This document shows positions 46,121 through 54,851 of a DNA stretch of 64,000 nucleotides, in pieces. Position 1 is the first letter of the stretch, and each line of letters begins with the position of its first letter. Source of the DNA: an uncultured Actinomycetota bacterium (GTDB lineage: Bacteria; Actinomycetota; Actinomycetes; Propionibacteriales; Nocardioidaceae); contig CAWBZR010000006.1 of the NCBI GenBank assembly GCA_963793315.1, positions 218,141 to 282,140 on the forward strand. Direction: 5' to 3'. The notes under the pieces are model-generated. The model saw only the letters and a program-made list of their open reading frames with translations. It made no database searches and was not told the DNA's origin. The translations under genes were made by a program, and so were the position numbers.

Positions 46121-46915
46121 GTGCCGCGTGATCTCGGACCCCGCCGGACGCCCACCGCTCGACGCCGCGGCCGGTCTCGCCCGACTGCTGCCAGGTGCGT
46201 CGAGGTGGTGGAGGAGGCCGGCTCGACCAACGTCGCTGGTCGCCGAGCGCGCCCAGGCGGGCGGGCCGGAGGGGCTGGTGGTCGTGGCCGAGCACCAGAC
46301 CGCGGGCCGGGGCCGGCTCGAACCGCACCTGGGAGACGCCGGCCGCGCTCCGCGCTGACGTTCTCCGTCCTGCTGCGGCCGACGGTTCCAGCGGCGAGCT
46401 GGCCGTGGCTGCCGCTGCTGGCGGGCTACGCCGTGAGCAAGGCGCTGCGCGCGGCCGGCTTCGAGGCCTCGGTGAAGTGGCCCAACGACGTGCTGCTGGC
46501 GGACCGGAAGGTCGCCGGGCATCCTCGTCGAGCGGGTCGAGACGCCGAGCGGACCGGCGGCGATCGTCGGCATCGGGCTGAACGTCGGGATGACCGCCGA
46601 CGAGCTGCCGGTGCCCGAGGCGACGTCGCTGGCCGTGGACGGGGTGGCGCCGGACCGGACCGAGCTGCTCGGCCTGCTCCTCGACACCTGTGGGAGGGCT
46701 ACGTCGTCTGGCAGGAGGGCGGCGAGGCGGCGGCCGGCCACCTCGCGGAGTCGTACGCCGCGGCCTGCTCGACCATCGGCCGGCAGGTGCGTGTCGACCT
46801 GCCGTCGGGGGAGGCGCTCACCGGCACCGCGACCGGTATCGATCCGAGCGGCCGGCTCGTCGTGGACGGCACGGCGGTCGGCGCCGGCGACGTCGTCCAC
46901 GTCCGCAGCGAGTAG
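46121..46915 (+). CDS. birA: Biotin-[acetyl-CoA carboxylase] ligase (frameshifts)
   Basis: GSTN, EHQTAGRGR, KWPNDV, GIGLNV and AGDVVH motifs. Confidence 0.92.
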   Translation: MPRDLGPRRTPTARRRGRSRPTAARCVEVVEEAGSTNVAGRRARPGGRAGGAGGRGRAPDRGPGPARTAPGRRRPRSALTFSVLLRPTVPAASWPWLPLLAGYAVSKALRAAGFEASVKWPNDVLLADRKVAGHPRRAGRDAERTGGDRRHRAERRDDRRRAAGARGDVAGRGRGGAGPDRAARPAPRHLWEGYVVWQEGGEAAAGHLAESYAAACSTIGRQVRVDLPSGEALTGTATGIDPSGRLVVDGTAVGAGDVVHVRSE

Positions 46916-46952
46916 GGCGCGATGGGAGCCACATCGGTGACATGATCCGTCC

Positions 46953-47456
46953 GTGGCCATCTCCAAGAACCTGCTGAACGAGGGCGAGTCGCTCGTCGTC
47001 GACACGCGTACCCATCCCAAGGCGCTGCTGCTGCCGATCTTCGCGCTGGTCGTGCTCCTCGCGATCGGCGTCGCCGTGCAGACGGTGGTCGACCAGAGCG
47101 TCGTGACCAAGGTCGTGTGGGCGGTCGTCGCGGTCGGCGTCCTCTGGTTCTTCGTCCGGCCGGTGCTGATCTGGCTGACCGCGACATACACGATCACCAC
47201 CCGGCGGCTGATCACCCGGCACGGCGTCATCACCCGGCGCGGCCACGACATCCCGCTCACCCGGATCAGCGACGTCGCCTACGAGAAGGACCTCATCGAC
47301 CGGCTGCTGGGCTGCGGGACCCTGGTGATCAGCGACGCCAGCACGCACGGCCAGGTGGCGCTGCCCGACATCCCGCGCGTCGAGGACGTCCAGCGCAAGC
47401 TCAACGACCTGCTGCACGACCTGCACTCCGAAGACCGCCGCGACGAAGGTGTCTGA
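46953..47456 (+). CDS. bPH_2 domain membrane protein
   Basis: YTITTRRLI, DIPLTRI and DRLLGCGTL motifs. Confidence 0.88.
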   Translation: MAISKNLLNEGESLVVDTRTHPKALLLPIFALVVLLAIGVAVQTVVDQSVVTKVVWAVVAVGVLWFFVRPVLIWLTATYTITTRRLITRHGVITRRGHDIPLTRISDVAYEKDLIDRLLGCGTLVISDASTHGQVALPDIPRVEDVQRKLNDLLHDLHSEDRRDEGV

Positions 47457-48468
47457 CCAGCCCACGGTCCCACCCGCTGCGCTCTCGGACGAGCCCGTCC
47501 AGGACCTCGAGCAGCACATCCTCGGCGAGCCCCGCGTCTACACCGCGGCCGAGCTCGCGGTGGACACCGGCGTCGACCTCGAGAAGGCGCGCCGGCTCTG
47601 GCGAGCCCTCGGCTTCCCGGAGCACGGCGCCGCCAAGGCGTTCACCCGCTCCGACGCGCAGGCGCTCTCGACCCTGCTCGGGCTGGTCGACTCCGGGCTG
47701 ATCGACTTCGACCTCGCCGTCCACCTCACCCGTGCGGTCGGCCAGACCATGGCCCGGCTCTCGGACTGGGAGGTGTCCGCGCTGCTCACGCGAGTGCTCG
47801 AGCTGGCCCGCGAGGAGGCGGAGGAGACCGACGACTCCGGCGACCAGCTGGGCATCGGGCTGCGGATGATCGAGGCGTTCTCCGAGCCGTTCGAGTCGCT
47901 CCTGCTCTACGTGTGGCGCCGACACCTGGCCGCCGCTGTGGCCCGGATCGAGGCGCTGGGCGCCCGCGAGGAGGACCTCCACACGACCCGACTCACGGTC
48001 GGCTTCGCCGACATCGTGCAGTTCACCGCTCTCTCCAACGAGCTCTCCGAGGAGCGCATCGGCGACCTGGTCGAGCTGTTCGAGGCACGCTGCGCCGACG
48101 TCGTCGCCGCCCAGAGCGGCCGGGTGATCAAGTCGATCGGCGACTCGGTGCTCTTCGTCCACGAGGACCCCATCGCGGCCTACGAGATCGCCGAGGGCGT
48201 GATCACGGTGATCGGTCGCGACTCCCGGATGCCCGACGTGCGGGTCGGCCTCGCGTCCGGGCTCGTCGTGCTCCGGCTGGGCGACGTGTTCGGCCCGCCC
48301 GTCAACATGGCCGCCCGGCTCACCGCCGTCGCCCGCCGCAACCGGGTCATCGTCGACGCCGCCACCGCCGGGCTGCTCCCCGACGACCAGTTCGAGACCC
48401 GGCGCCTGCCGGGGCGGCCGGTGCGGGGCTTCGGGATCGTCGAGCCGGTCGCCGTACGTCGGCACTGA
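47449..48468 (+). CDS. Class III adenylate/guanylate cyclase with N-terminal regulatory domain
   Basis: GFADIVQFT, KSIGDSV and GDVFGPPVNMAARL motifs. Confidence 0.92.
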   Translation: MSDQPTVPPAALSDEPVQDLEQHILGEPRVYTAAELAVDTGVDLEKARRLWRALGFPEHGAAKAFTRSDAQALSTLLGLVDSGLIDFDLAVHLTRAVGQTMARLSDWEVSALLTRVLELAREEAEETDDSGDQLGIGLRMIEAFSEPFESLLLYVWRRHLAAAVARIEALGAREEDLHTTRLTVGFADIVQFTALSNELSEERIGDLVELFEARCADVVAAQSGRVIKSIGDSVLFVHEDPIAAYEIAEGVITVIGRDSRMPDVRVGLASGLVVLRLGDVFGPPVNMAARLTAVARRNRVIVDAATAGLLPDDQFETRRLPGRPVRGFGIVEPVAVRRH

Positions 48469-48544
48469 CGCTCGACCCGTGAGCTCCCGAAGCCGTCCGT
48501 GGGCTCGTGCTCGATGCCCAGCGGCTTCGAAACGATCTGTACTA

Positions 48545-49576
48545 GATGAGTGATTCCCGGGGTTAGTGGTCGTAGGCGGTCAGTGAGCGTAGGACTGGTG
48601 CGCCGGCGCGGTCGTTGTGCCAGATGGTGGCGGTGAGCGCCAGGACTCGTTGGGTCACGCGGGTGGCGACGCCGGCGGGGCTCTTGCCGTGGTGGTGTTC
48701 GAGGTCGAGTTGGCCTTTGAAGGTGTCGAAGACTGACTCGACGACTTGGCGTAGGGGTTTGAAGAACTCGCTGCCGCGGCGTGGCTGCTCGCCCTTGCGT
48801 GCCTTGCGGAGGAGGTCGATCCCGGCGTGGTCGAGGTCGGCCTCGAACGCTTTGCCGTAGTAGTTCTTGTCGGCGATCAGCAGCTGGATCGTGTCGCGGT
48901 GCAGCCCTTGGGTGCTGTCCAAGAGTGCGGTGAGGACCTCGCGTTCATCGGCCTTAGCGCCGGTCAGGGCCCAGGCGATGGGGAGTCCGTGCAGGGTGCA
49001 GATCAGGTGCAGGCGCAGGCCCCAGAAGTAGCGGGAGTGCGAGGCGCAGTAGCCGTACTCGGCCCAGCCGGCCAGGTCGGATCGTTTGACGGTCTCCCGC
49101 GAGCGGGCGCACTCGACCGGGGTGGAGTCGACGACCCAGACATCATCGGTGGCGACGCTGACCTGGCCTGCGAGTGCTCCGATCAGCCAGGACATCGTGA
49201 CCGCGAGCTTGCGCAGCCGCTTGTTGTAGCCGGGCTGCAACGGCAGCTCGGGAAACAACGGGCGTAGGTGCTTGTGTGCGTAGCGAAGCCAGTGCGCCTC
49301 GCTGGGATAGCCCAGCACCGCCTGCATCACCGCCAGCGTCACCATCTCCGCGTCGCTGATCCGCGGCTCGAAGGAACCCTTCGGACGGGCCGGGACACGC
49401 TCGGGATGAGCGCGCAACAGGTCGTCGGTCGTTACGTAGAGTGCAAGGGCGAGGGTGTCCAGATCGGTGTCCACGAGGCCTCCAGAGCTTCGGTTGGGTT
49501 AGCAACACCGACTCTGAGGCGCCCTCGCGCTAATTCACACCAGCCACACCAGTCACATCACCGGGAATCACTCATC
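48545..49576 (-). mobile_element. IS982 family insertion sequence
   Basis: Perfect IR ACTAGATGAGTGATTCCCGG (48541-48560) / CCGGGAATCACTCATCTAGT (49561-49580); CTAG at both junctions; lower GC. Confidence 0.92.
48563..49474 (-). CDS. IS982 family DDE transposase (intact ORF)
   Basis: VVDSTPV, YFWGLRLHL, IADKNY and RQVVESVFDTFK motifs. Confidence 0.93.
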   Translation of the reverse strand: MDTDLDTLALALYVTTDDLLRAHPERVPARPKGSFEPRISDAEMVTLAVMQAVLGYPSEAHWLRYAHKHLRPLFPELPLQPGYNKRLRKLAVTMSWLIGALAGQVSVATDDVWVVDSTPVECARSRETVKRSDLAGWAEYGYCASHSRYFWGLRLHLICTLHGLPIAWALTGAKADEREVLTALLDSTQGLHRDTIQLLIADKNYYGKAFEADLDHAGIDLLRKARKGEQPRRGSEFFKPLRQVVESVFDTFKGQLDLEHHHGKSPAGVATRVTQRVLALTATIWHNDRAGAPVLRSLTAYDH

Positions 49577-49578
49577 TA

Positions 49579-49739
49579 GTAGCGCGTCGCAGCTAATTCT
49601 TGGTCCTGGCGCCGCCCGGGCACGCACTTCGCTGCGTTGGCGAAGCTCGACAGACGACCCGGTATGCCGTCGCTCCGCCGTCTTGCGATGCACGCACCCG
49701 GACGCCGCCAGACCACAAGCCTTAGCCGCGACCCGCTAC
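49579..49739 (+). mobile_element. MITE family A, copy 1 (161 bp)
   Basis: IR GTAGCGCGTCGCAGCTAA / TTAGCCGCGACCCGCTAC (16/18); CTAG flanks; near-identical to 53193-53353. Confidence 0.88.
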
Positions 49740-49967
49740 CTAGGGCGTGTCCCGCAATTGCTGGTGGATGCCCGGCGTCGTCCAGGCGCGGGCTGGTCAG
49801 TCGCCGGCGCGCACGCAGACTCGGCGTCTTCGTAGGGTCGGCGACGCCGCACGCTGTTCCGGGGTCCCCGCGGAAGCGCGAGACAGCGTAGCGAGCGTCT
49901 TCCGTGGGGTGGAGCGTGTGATCTGGGCGGCGTCCGGCGCCGCCATGAATTGCGGGACACGCCCTAG
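49740..49967 (+). mobile_element. MITE family B (IS5-like ends)
   Basis: Perfect 20-bp IR CTAGGGCGTGTCCCGCAATT / AATTGCGGGACACGCCCTAG; no transposase. Confidence 0.88.
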
Positions 49968-50005
49968 TCGGTCCTCGACTGTTCAGACCCCGCAGTGGGC
50001 GTCTG

Positions 50006-50365
50006 TCAGGGCCGCGGCCCCGGCTCGAGCCAGTCCGGCTCTGGGTCGACCGTGAACTGCACCGCTTCGACCGACCGTCGGCCATCCAGCCAGGCCTTCG
50101 CGACCCGGTGGCCGCCGTCCATCAGGTGGCCGTCGGCAGCCAGGATCACCGGGTGCCCGAGGTCGGCGCGCTGGATCCGCCGCGCGTGCTCGGCGACCTC
50201 GCGACAGCTCGGGGCGCGTCCGTCGAACCAGCAGTCCTGCTCGAACTCGGCTATCTCGTCGATCGACACCTCGATCATCGGAAGGCCGGCGGCGGCGGCC
50301 CAGAGCCGTTCGGTCAGCCAATAGGCGCGGCCGCCGGGCACGGGGTGGGAGTGCTTCTCGGCCAT
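50006..50365 (-). CDS. Small ParB/sulfiredoxin-like domain protein
   Basis: HPVILAADGHLMDGGHRVAKA matches the ParB/Srx P..v....DGxHR motif; 119 aa. Confidence 0.7.
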   Translation of the reverse strand: MAEKHSHPVPGGRAYWLTERLWAAAAGLPMIEVSIDEIAEFEQDCWFDGRAPSCREVAEHARRIQRADLGHPVILAADGHLMDGGHRVAKAWLDGRRSVEAVQFTVDPEPDWLEPGPRP

Positions 50366-50420
50366 GCGTCGATGCTGGCACGCCGTCATCCATCGACCGC
50401 AGCGTCCTACCTTGATCCAC

Positions 50421-50771
50421 GTGCCGATCGTCGAAGTCGCCTACGTCTCGAACGTGTCCGAGGTCCGGTTGCGCAGGCTGGCTTCCGCCCTGCCGCACGC
50501 CGTCTCCCTCGCCGTGGAATGCCCGGAGGAGACCTATGACGGCGAGCTGAAGCCGGGCGACGTCGAGCTCCTCTTCCGTGAGCGGAGTCCGCACGACGCT
50601 GCAGGTCTCGACGTGTTGGTCCAGGTCCGGTCGAAGTGGTTCGCGAGTCGCGCCGAGGATCGAGACCATCGGTGCGCGCGCCTACGCGACGCGGTCGTCG
50701 AAGCAATCGGGCCGTGCAGCGTCGGCGTGTACCTGTCGCTGCCGGAAGCCGGTTGGGCTCAGACCTCCTGA
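50421..50771 (+). CDS. Hypothetical protein, possibly tautomerase (Pro-1) superfamily
   Basis: GTG-CCG start (MPIVEVAY) after a TACCTT -10; 116 aa with an apparent beta-alpha-beta pattern twice. Confidence 0.6.
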   Translation: MPIVEVAYVSNVSEVRLRRLASALPHAVSLAVECPEETYDGELKPGDVELLFRERSPHDAAGLDVLVQVRSKWFASRAEDRDHRCARLRDAVVEAIGPCSVGVYLSLPEAGWAQTS

Positions 50772-50825
50772 CATGCCTCAGCGCCCCGCACACCAGCTGG
50801 GTGGGCGGGGTGTGGGGCGGGGTGG

Positions 50826-52197
50826 TCAGGGTTCGGGGTCGGTGGGCCGGGTGTCGCCGAAGTGGTGGCGGAACTCGCGGGCCAGCTTGCGGCGTTCTTC
50901 GGTCGGGGTGACGTCGAGGGTGCCGGTGGGGTCTTTGAGGTACTCATAGCCCAGGGGGCTGCGCCAGAGGTAGACCCCGGGTTCGACGGTGACATAGGTC
51001 CAGCCGCCGGTGGTCTTGGCGCGGTGGTGGCCGCGACAGGCCGGGGTCAGGTTGCACGAACACGTCGGTCCGCCGTCGTCTCGGTCGGGGTCGTGTGGGA
51101 CGCGGTGGTCGCAGTCGCACTTCTCGGCGGGTCTGAAGCAGTAGGGGAAGGCGCAGATCAGGTCACGCAGCTGGGTCTGCAGCTTGAGCCGCGCGCTCGC
51201 TTCGTAGGGGCCGACATGGAGGTGCTCGGCGAGATCGATCACCGGCTGCACGGTGATCTGGGCGTCGGGTTGGGCGCACCACTCCCGGACCTGCTCGGCG
51301 GTGATGGGTCCACGGGCCTCTTGCAGTCTGGCGAGGCCGCCGGCGCCGAGGACCGCGGCGTGCTCGAGGTGGACGTGGAGCACCACCTCACGCTTCCGGC
51401 GCCGCGGCTGCGGCTGCGAGCGTCGTTGCCGTCGTTGTCGGCGAGGTCGAGGGTGGGCTGGTGGCGGGCGAGGTTGCCGACCGCCTTGGCCCGGCGTACG
51501 TCAAGGGAGTCGGTCGAGCCGAGCAGGAGCTGCGCGTGGGCGTCGCGCGGCGACGGCGGCCTCGAGGTCGAGGGCGTCGGCGAGGTCGACGTCCCCGTCG
51601 ACCCTCACCCGGCCATCGACACCGACGGTGTCCAGGCCGATGTCGAAGTGGCCGGCCTCCGCCGCGGCGAGCCGTTCGGCCTCCAGCGCCTCGGGGTCGA
51701 ACCTGGCCTTGGCCTCCTCGATCAACCGGGCCAGCTGGGCGGGGCCGACCTTGTGGGCGAACGGTGCGACCTTCGCGTCCACGAACGCCGCCGCCTCCGG
51801 AGACAGGCACAGGGTGAGGTCGGCGACCATGGCGAGCTTCCACGCCGGCAGCTCCCCCGCCACCAGCCGGGCCCAGCACCGCCTCAACCGGTAGAAGCCC
51901 TCCACCGCCTGGGAGAGATACCTGCGGCCGGAGTCGGTGGTGCGGCCCAACGCCGCGGCGAACTCGGTGACCGCGAACTCACGGATCTCCGGGCACCCCT
52001 GGCCACCCAGCGGCAGCATCGACTCGTGCCACTCATCGACCGGCCCGACCAGCGAGTCCATCGAGTGCATCGCCGCCCACCGGCCGCGGCGATCATGACC
52101 TGGCGGGCGGCGTCGTCCTCGGCCGCTCTTGTGGGCCCGCGCGCAGGCCAGCAGGCTGCGGGGTCATCGCCCGTCGCGGATCGGGAGCCGGAACCAT
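50826..52197 (-). CDS. DUF222 / 13E12-repeat HNH endonuclease (several frameshifts)
   Basis: EFAVTEFAAALG; RDLICAFPYC..CDCDH..TCSCNLTPACRGHHRAKT; WRSPLG. Confidence 0.88.
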
Positions 52198-52222
52198 ATC
52201 ACGTGGAACCTACTCGAGACTT

Positions 52223-52409
52223 GCGGGGGTTCGAGATCGCTGCGGACCTAACTCAACCACCGGCACCAAACCGACAGTCCGGCCAGCCCGGACAGTACCC
52301 CCAAGTATCCAGCGGGGGTTCTCGACAAGCTCGACTCAACGACCGGTCCAGTCCCAGCGCATCGGTGCGTGGTTTCGAGCGGCCGCAGAACGCCCTCCTC
52401 AACCAGCGG
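52223..52409 (+). repeat. Three degenerate direct REP-like units upstream of the HNH gene
   Basis: GGTT..CGA...CTCAAC..CGG units at about 52223, 52312 and 52371; the third closely matches an arm at 37392-37430. Confidence 0.65.
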
Positions 52410-52418
52410 AAGGGAGGC

Positions 52419-53155
52419 TCACGCCCCAGTCGAGTGCCGCACCCAGACGTTCGGCTCGACGTACGTCGCCACGCCGTGCTCGGCGTCGCACCAGACAGGG
52501 GCGAGGGCCTGGGGGACCTCGACGGGGCCGGTCTTGTCGAAGGGGAGGCCGGTCCACTCGCGCCACTCGGGGAGCGTCCCGGGGACGACCATGGAGCGCG
52601 GGGCAACCTTGTCGATCCGGCCGCCGGCGCGGACGTGGACGCGCAGCCAGGGGTCGACCGGGAGGCCGTCGTCGCGGACCTGGAAGGCGTGCGACGGACA
52701 TCGGCTCGTTGACGTCAGGCTTGCCGTTGGGCCGGACCGGTGCCACGAGCTCGGCGAAGCCGTGCCGGGCGGCGTTGTCCCGCATGGCGGTGAGCATCTG
52801 GCCCGAGAGGCCGGTCCCCTGGCGGTCCGGCGCGGACCGCGATCTCGACCGCGGAGATCGCATTGGGCTCGGTGCCGCGGATGCTCGCCAGCACGCCGTT
52901 GCGGATCACGAAGTCCCAGCCGTTGTCGGGCAGCTCGTCGTCGTCGAGCACGAACGGGATGGAGTAGGCGCACGCCACCACCTCGTCGGCGTCCTGCCCG
53001 ATCAGGACGTAGTCGGCGAAGCGCGTCTCGACGTTGCCGTAGAACAGGCCCCCGATGGGGTCGTGGCGCATGAACTCGGGCCACGAGTTCTCCATGTCCC
53101 ACATCGCGTCGGCGAGGTCGGGGCGGTCGGCGAGGACGCTGATGCTGAGCTGCAC
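52419..53155 (-). CDS. GNAT-like N-acetyltransferase (frameshifts)
   Basis: WPEFMRHDP, RQGTGLSGQML, APVRPNGK, DPWLRVHVRAGG and YVEPNVW motifs. Confidence 0.85.
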
Positions 53156-53192
53156 CGGACCATCCTGCAGGGCGGCCTCGACCGGGTCACTA

Positions 53193-53353
53193 GTAGCGCG
53201 TCGCAGCTAATTCTTGGTCCTGGCGACGCCCGGGCACGCACTTCGCTGCGTTGGCGAAGCTCGACAGACGACCCGGTATGCCGTCGCTCCGCCGTCTTGC
53301 GATGCACGCACCCGGACGCCGCCAGACCACAAGCCTTAGCCGCGACCCGCTAC
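53193..53353 (+). mobile_element. MITE family A, copy 2 (161 bp)
   Basis: One visible mismatch versus copy 1; CTAG at 53190 and 53353. Confidence 0.88.
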
Positions 53354-53675
53354 TAGGACGCACTGGGAAACTTTGGGCGGCGCCAGACGCCGCCCAGTCT
53401 GGATCCACCGATGGCCGGCGAGCTGAGCGTCACCAGCCGGGTGTGATGGCCAGGCGCAGGCGCGAGCGTCGTACTGGTTGTCCGTTGAGCGGCTGCGACG
53501 CCGCCAGCGCCCCGGGTTGTGGCGCTCAGCCGTCGGAGATCGGTGAATCCAGGCGCGCACGCTGGCGGCGGCGCCGGCTCTTGGAAGACGTCCAGTCTGC
53601 CTGCGCGCCGGCGCCTGGCCATCGCACGAGCTGGACGACGCTGGCATCCACCCAGAGTTTTCCAGCACGCCCTAG
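53353..53675 (-). mobile_element. MITE family B variant (B') with nested family C element
   Basis: IR CTAGGACGCACTGGGAAACT / AGTTTTCCAGCACGCCCTAG (16/20); subterminal arms similar to 49740-49967 in reverse orientation. Confidence 0.8.
53397..53554 (-). mobile_element. MITE-like family C, copy 3 (nested)
   Basis: IR GTCTGGATCCACCGAT / ATCGGTGAATCCAGGC; shares long identical blocks with 22815-22944 and 34683-34780. Confidence 0.8.
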
Positions 53676-53685
53676 GGTTTCCTCC

Positions 53686-54846
53686 GTGCCCGAGCTCGCT
53701 CCCACCGTCGCCGTGATCGGCGGCGGGCAGCTCGCCCGGATGCTGGCGGAGCCGGCGGCGGCGCTCGGGATCCCGCTGCGGCTGCTGGCCGAGGCCGAGG
53801 GGGTGTCGGCGGCGCAGGTCATCCCCGACACGATCGTGGGGGACTATCGCGAGCTCGAGCTCCTGCGGAAGGTCACCAGCGGGGCGCAGGTCGTCACGTT
53901 CGACCACGAGCACGTGCCGACCGAGCATCTCCACGCCCTCGAGGACGCCGGCGTCGCGGTCCGCCCCGGTCCGGAGGCGCTGGTGCACGCCCAGGACAAG
54001 GCCGTGATGCGGGAGCGGCTCACCGGGCTGGGGCTCCCGTGCCCGCGGTGGGCGGTCGTCACGACCGCGGCAGAGCTCGAGGAGTTCGGGCTGCCGTGCG
54101 TCCTCAAGGTCACCCGTGGCGGGTACGACGGCCGCGGGGTCTGGGTCGTACGCGACCACGACGAGGCGGTCGAGGCATTCGAGGCTGCCGACCGGACGGG
54201 CGTGCGGGTGCTGGCCGAGGAGCTCGTCGACTTCCGCCGCGAGCTCGCCGCCCTGGTCGCCCGGTCGCCGAGCGGCCAGGCCGCGGCGTACCCCGTCGTT
54301 GCCAGCACCCAGGTCGACGGCATCTGCTCCGAGGTGGTGGCCCCCGCGCCGGACCTCGAGCCCGAGCTGGCCACGCAGGCCCAGCACGTCGCGCTCACGA
54401 TCGCCAAGGAGCTCGACGTCGTCGGGATCCTCGCGGTCGAGCTGTTCGAGACCAGCGACGGACGCATCCTCGTCAACGAGCTCGCGATGCGGCCGCACAA
54501 CACCGGCCACTGGAGCCAGGACGGCGCGGTGACCAGCCAGTTCGAGAACCACCTGCGCGCGGTCCTCGACCTCCCGCTGGGCTCACCGGCCCCCCGGGCA
54601 CCGTGGACGGTGATGGTCAACATCCTCGGTGGGCCGGACAGCCAGGTCGGCCGGCTCTACGACGGCTACCCCCACGCGCTGGCCCGCGACCCGCAGCTCC
54701 GGGTGCACCTCTACGGCAAGGAGCTGCGGCCCGGGCGCAAGGTCGGCCACGTCAACGCCTACGGTGACGACCTCGAGGACTGCCTCGAGCGCGCCCGGCA
54801 CGCCGCGGCCTGGTTCCGCGGCGACCTCGGCAACGAGAGCGAGTAG
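53686..54846 (+). CDS. purK: N5-carboxyaminoimidazole ribonucleotide synthase
   Basis: [27 protein letters not shown] and RPGRKVGH motifs. Confidence 0.97.
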   Translation: MPELAPTVAVIGGGQLARMLAEPAAALGIPLRLLAEAEGVSAAQVIPDTIVGDYRELELLRKVTSGAQVVTFDHEHVPTEHLHALEDAGVAVRPGPEALVHAQDKAVMRERLTGLGLPCPRWAVVTTAAELEEFGLPCVLKVTRGGYDGRGVWVVRDHDEAVEAFEAADRTGVRVLAEELVDFRRELAALVARSPSGQAAAYPVVASTQVDGICSEVVAPAPDLEPELATQAQHVALTIAKELDVVGILAVELFETSDGRILVNELAMRPHNTGHWSQDGAVTSQFENHLRAVLDLPLGSPAPRAPWTVMVNILGGPDSQVGRLYDGYPHALARDPQLRVHLYGKELRPGRKVGHVNAYGDDLEDCLERARHAAAWFRGDLGNESE

Positions 54847-54851
54847 ATGGC

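Noticed and set aside
48563-49474. IS982 transposase as mobiliser of MITEs A, B and C
   Set aside because: Its terminal IRs share nothing with the MITE ends beyond the CTAG junction
49576-50085. ORFs spanning the MITEs (49576..50085, 49637..49891, 53190..53408, and the N-terminal extension of purK from 53251)
   Set aside because: They are translations of repeat DNA; purK homology begins at GTG 53686
52204-52218. LexA box upstream of the HNH gene (TGGAACCTACTCGAG)
   Set aside because: Only a partial match to TCGAAC-N4-GTTCGA, with wrong spacing
52223-52409. CRISPR array upstream of the HNH gene
   Set aside because: Units are too degenerate, spacing is irregular and no cas genes are present; reported as REP-like repeats instead
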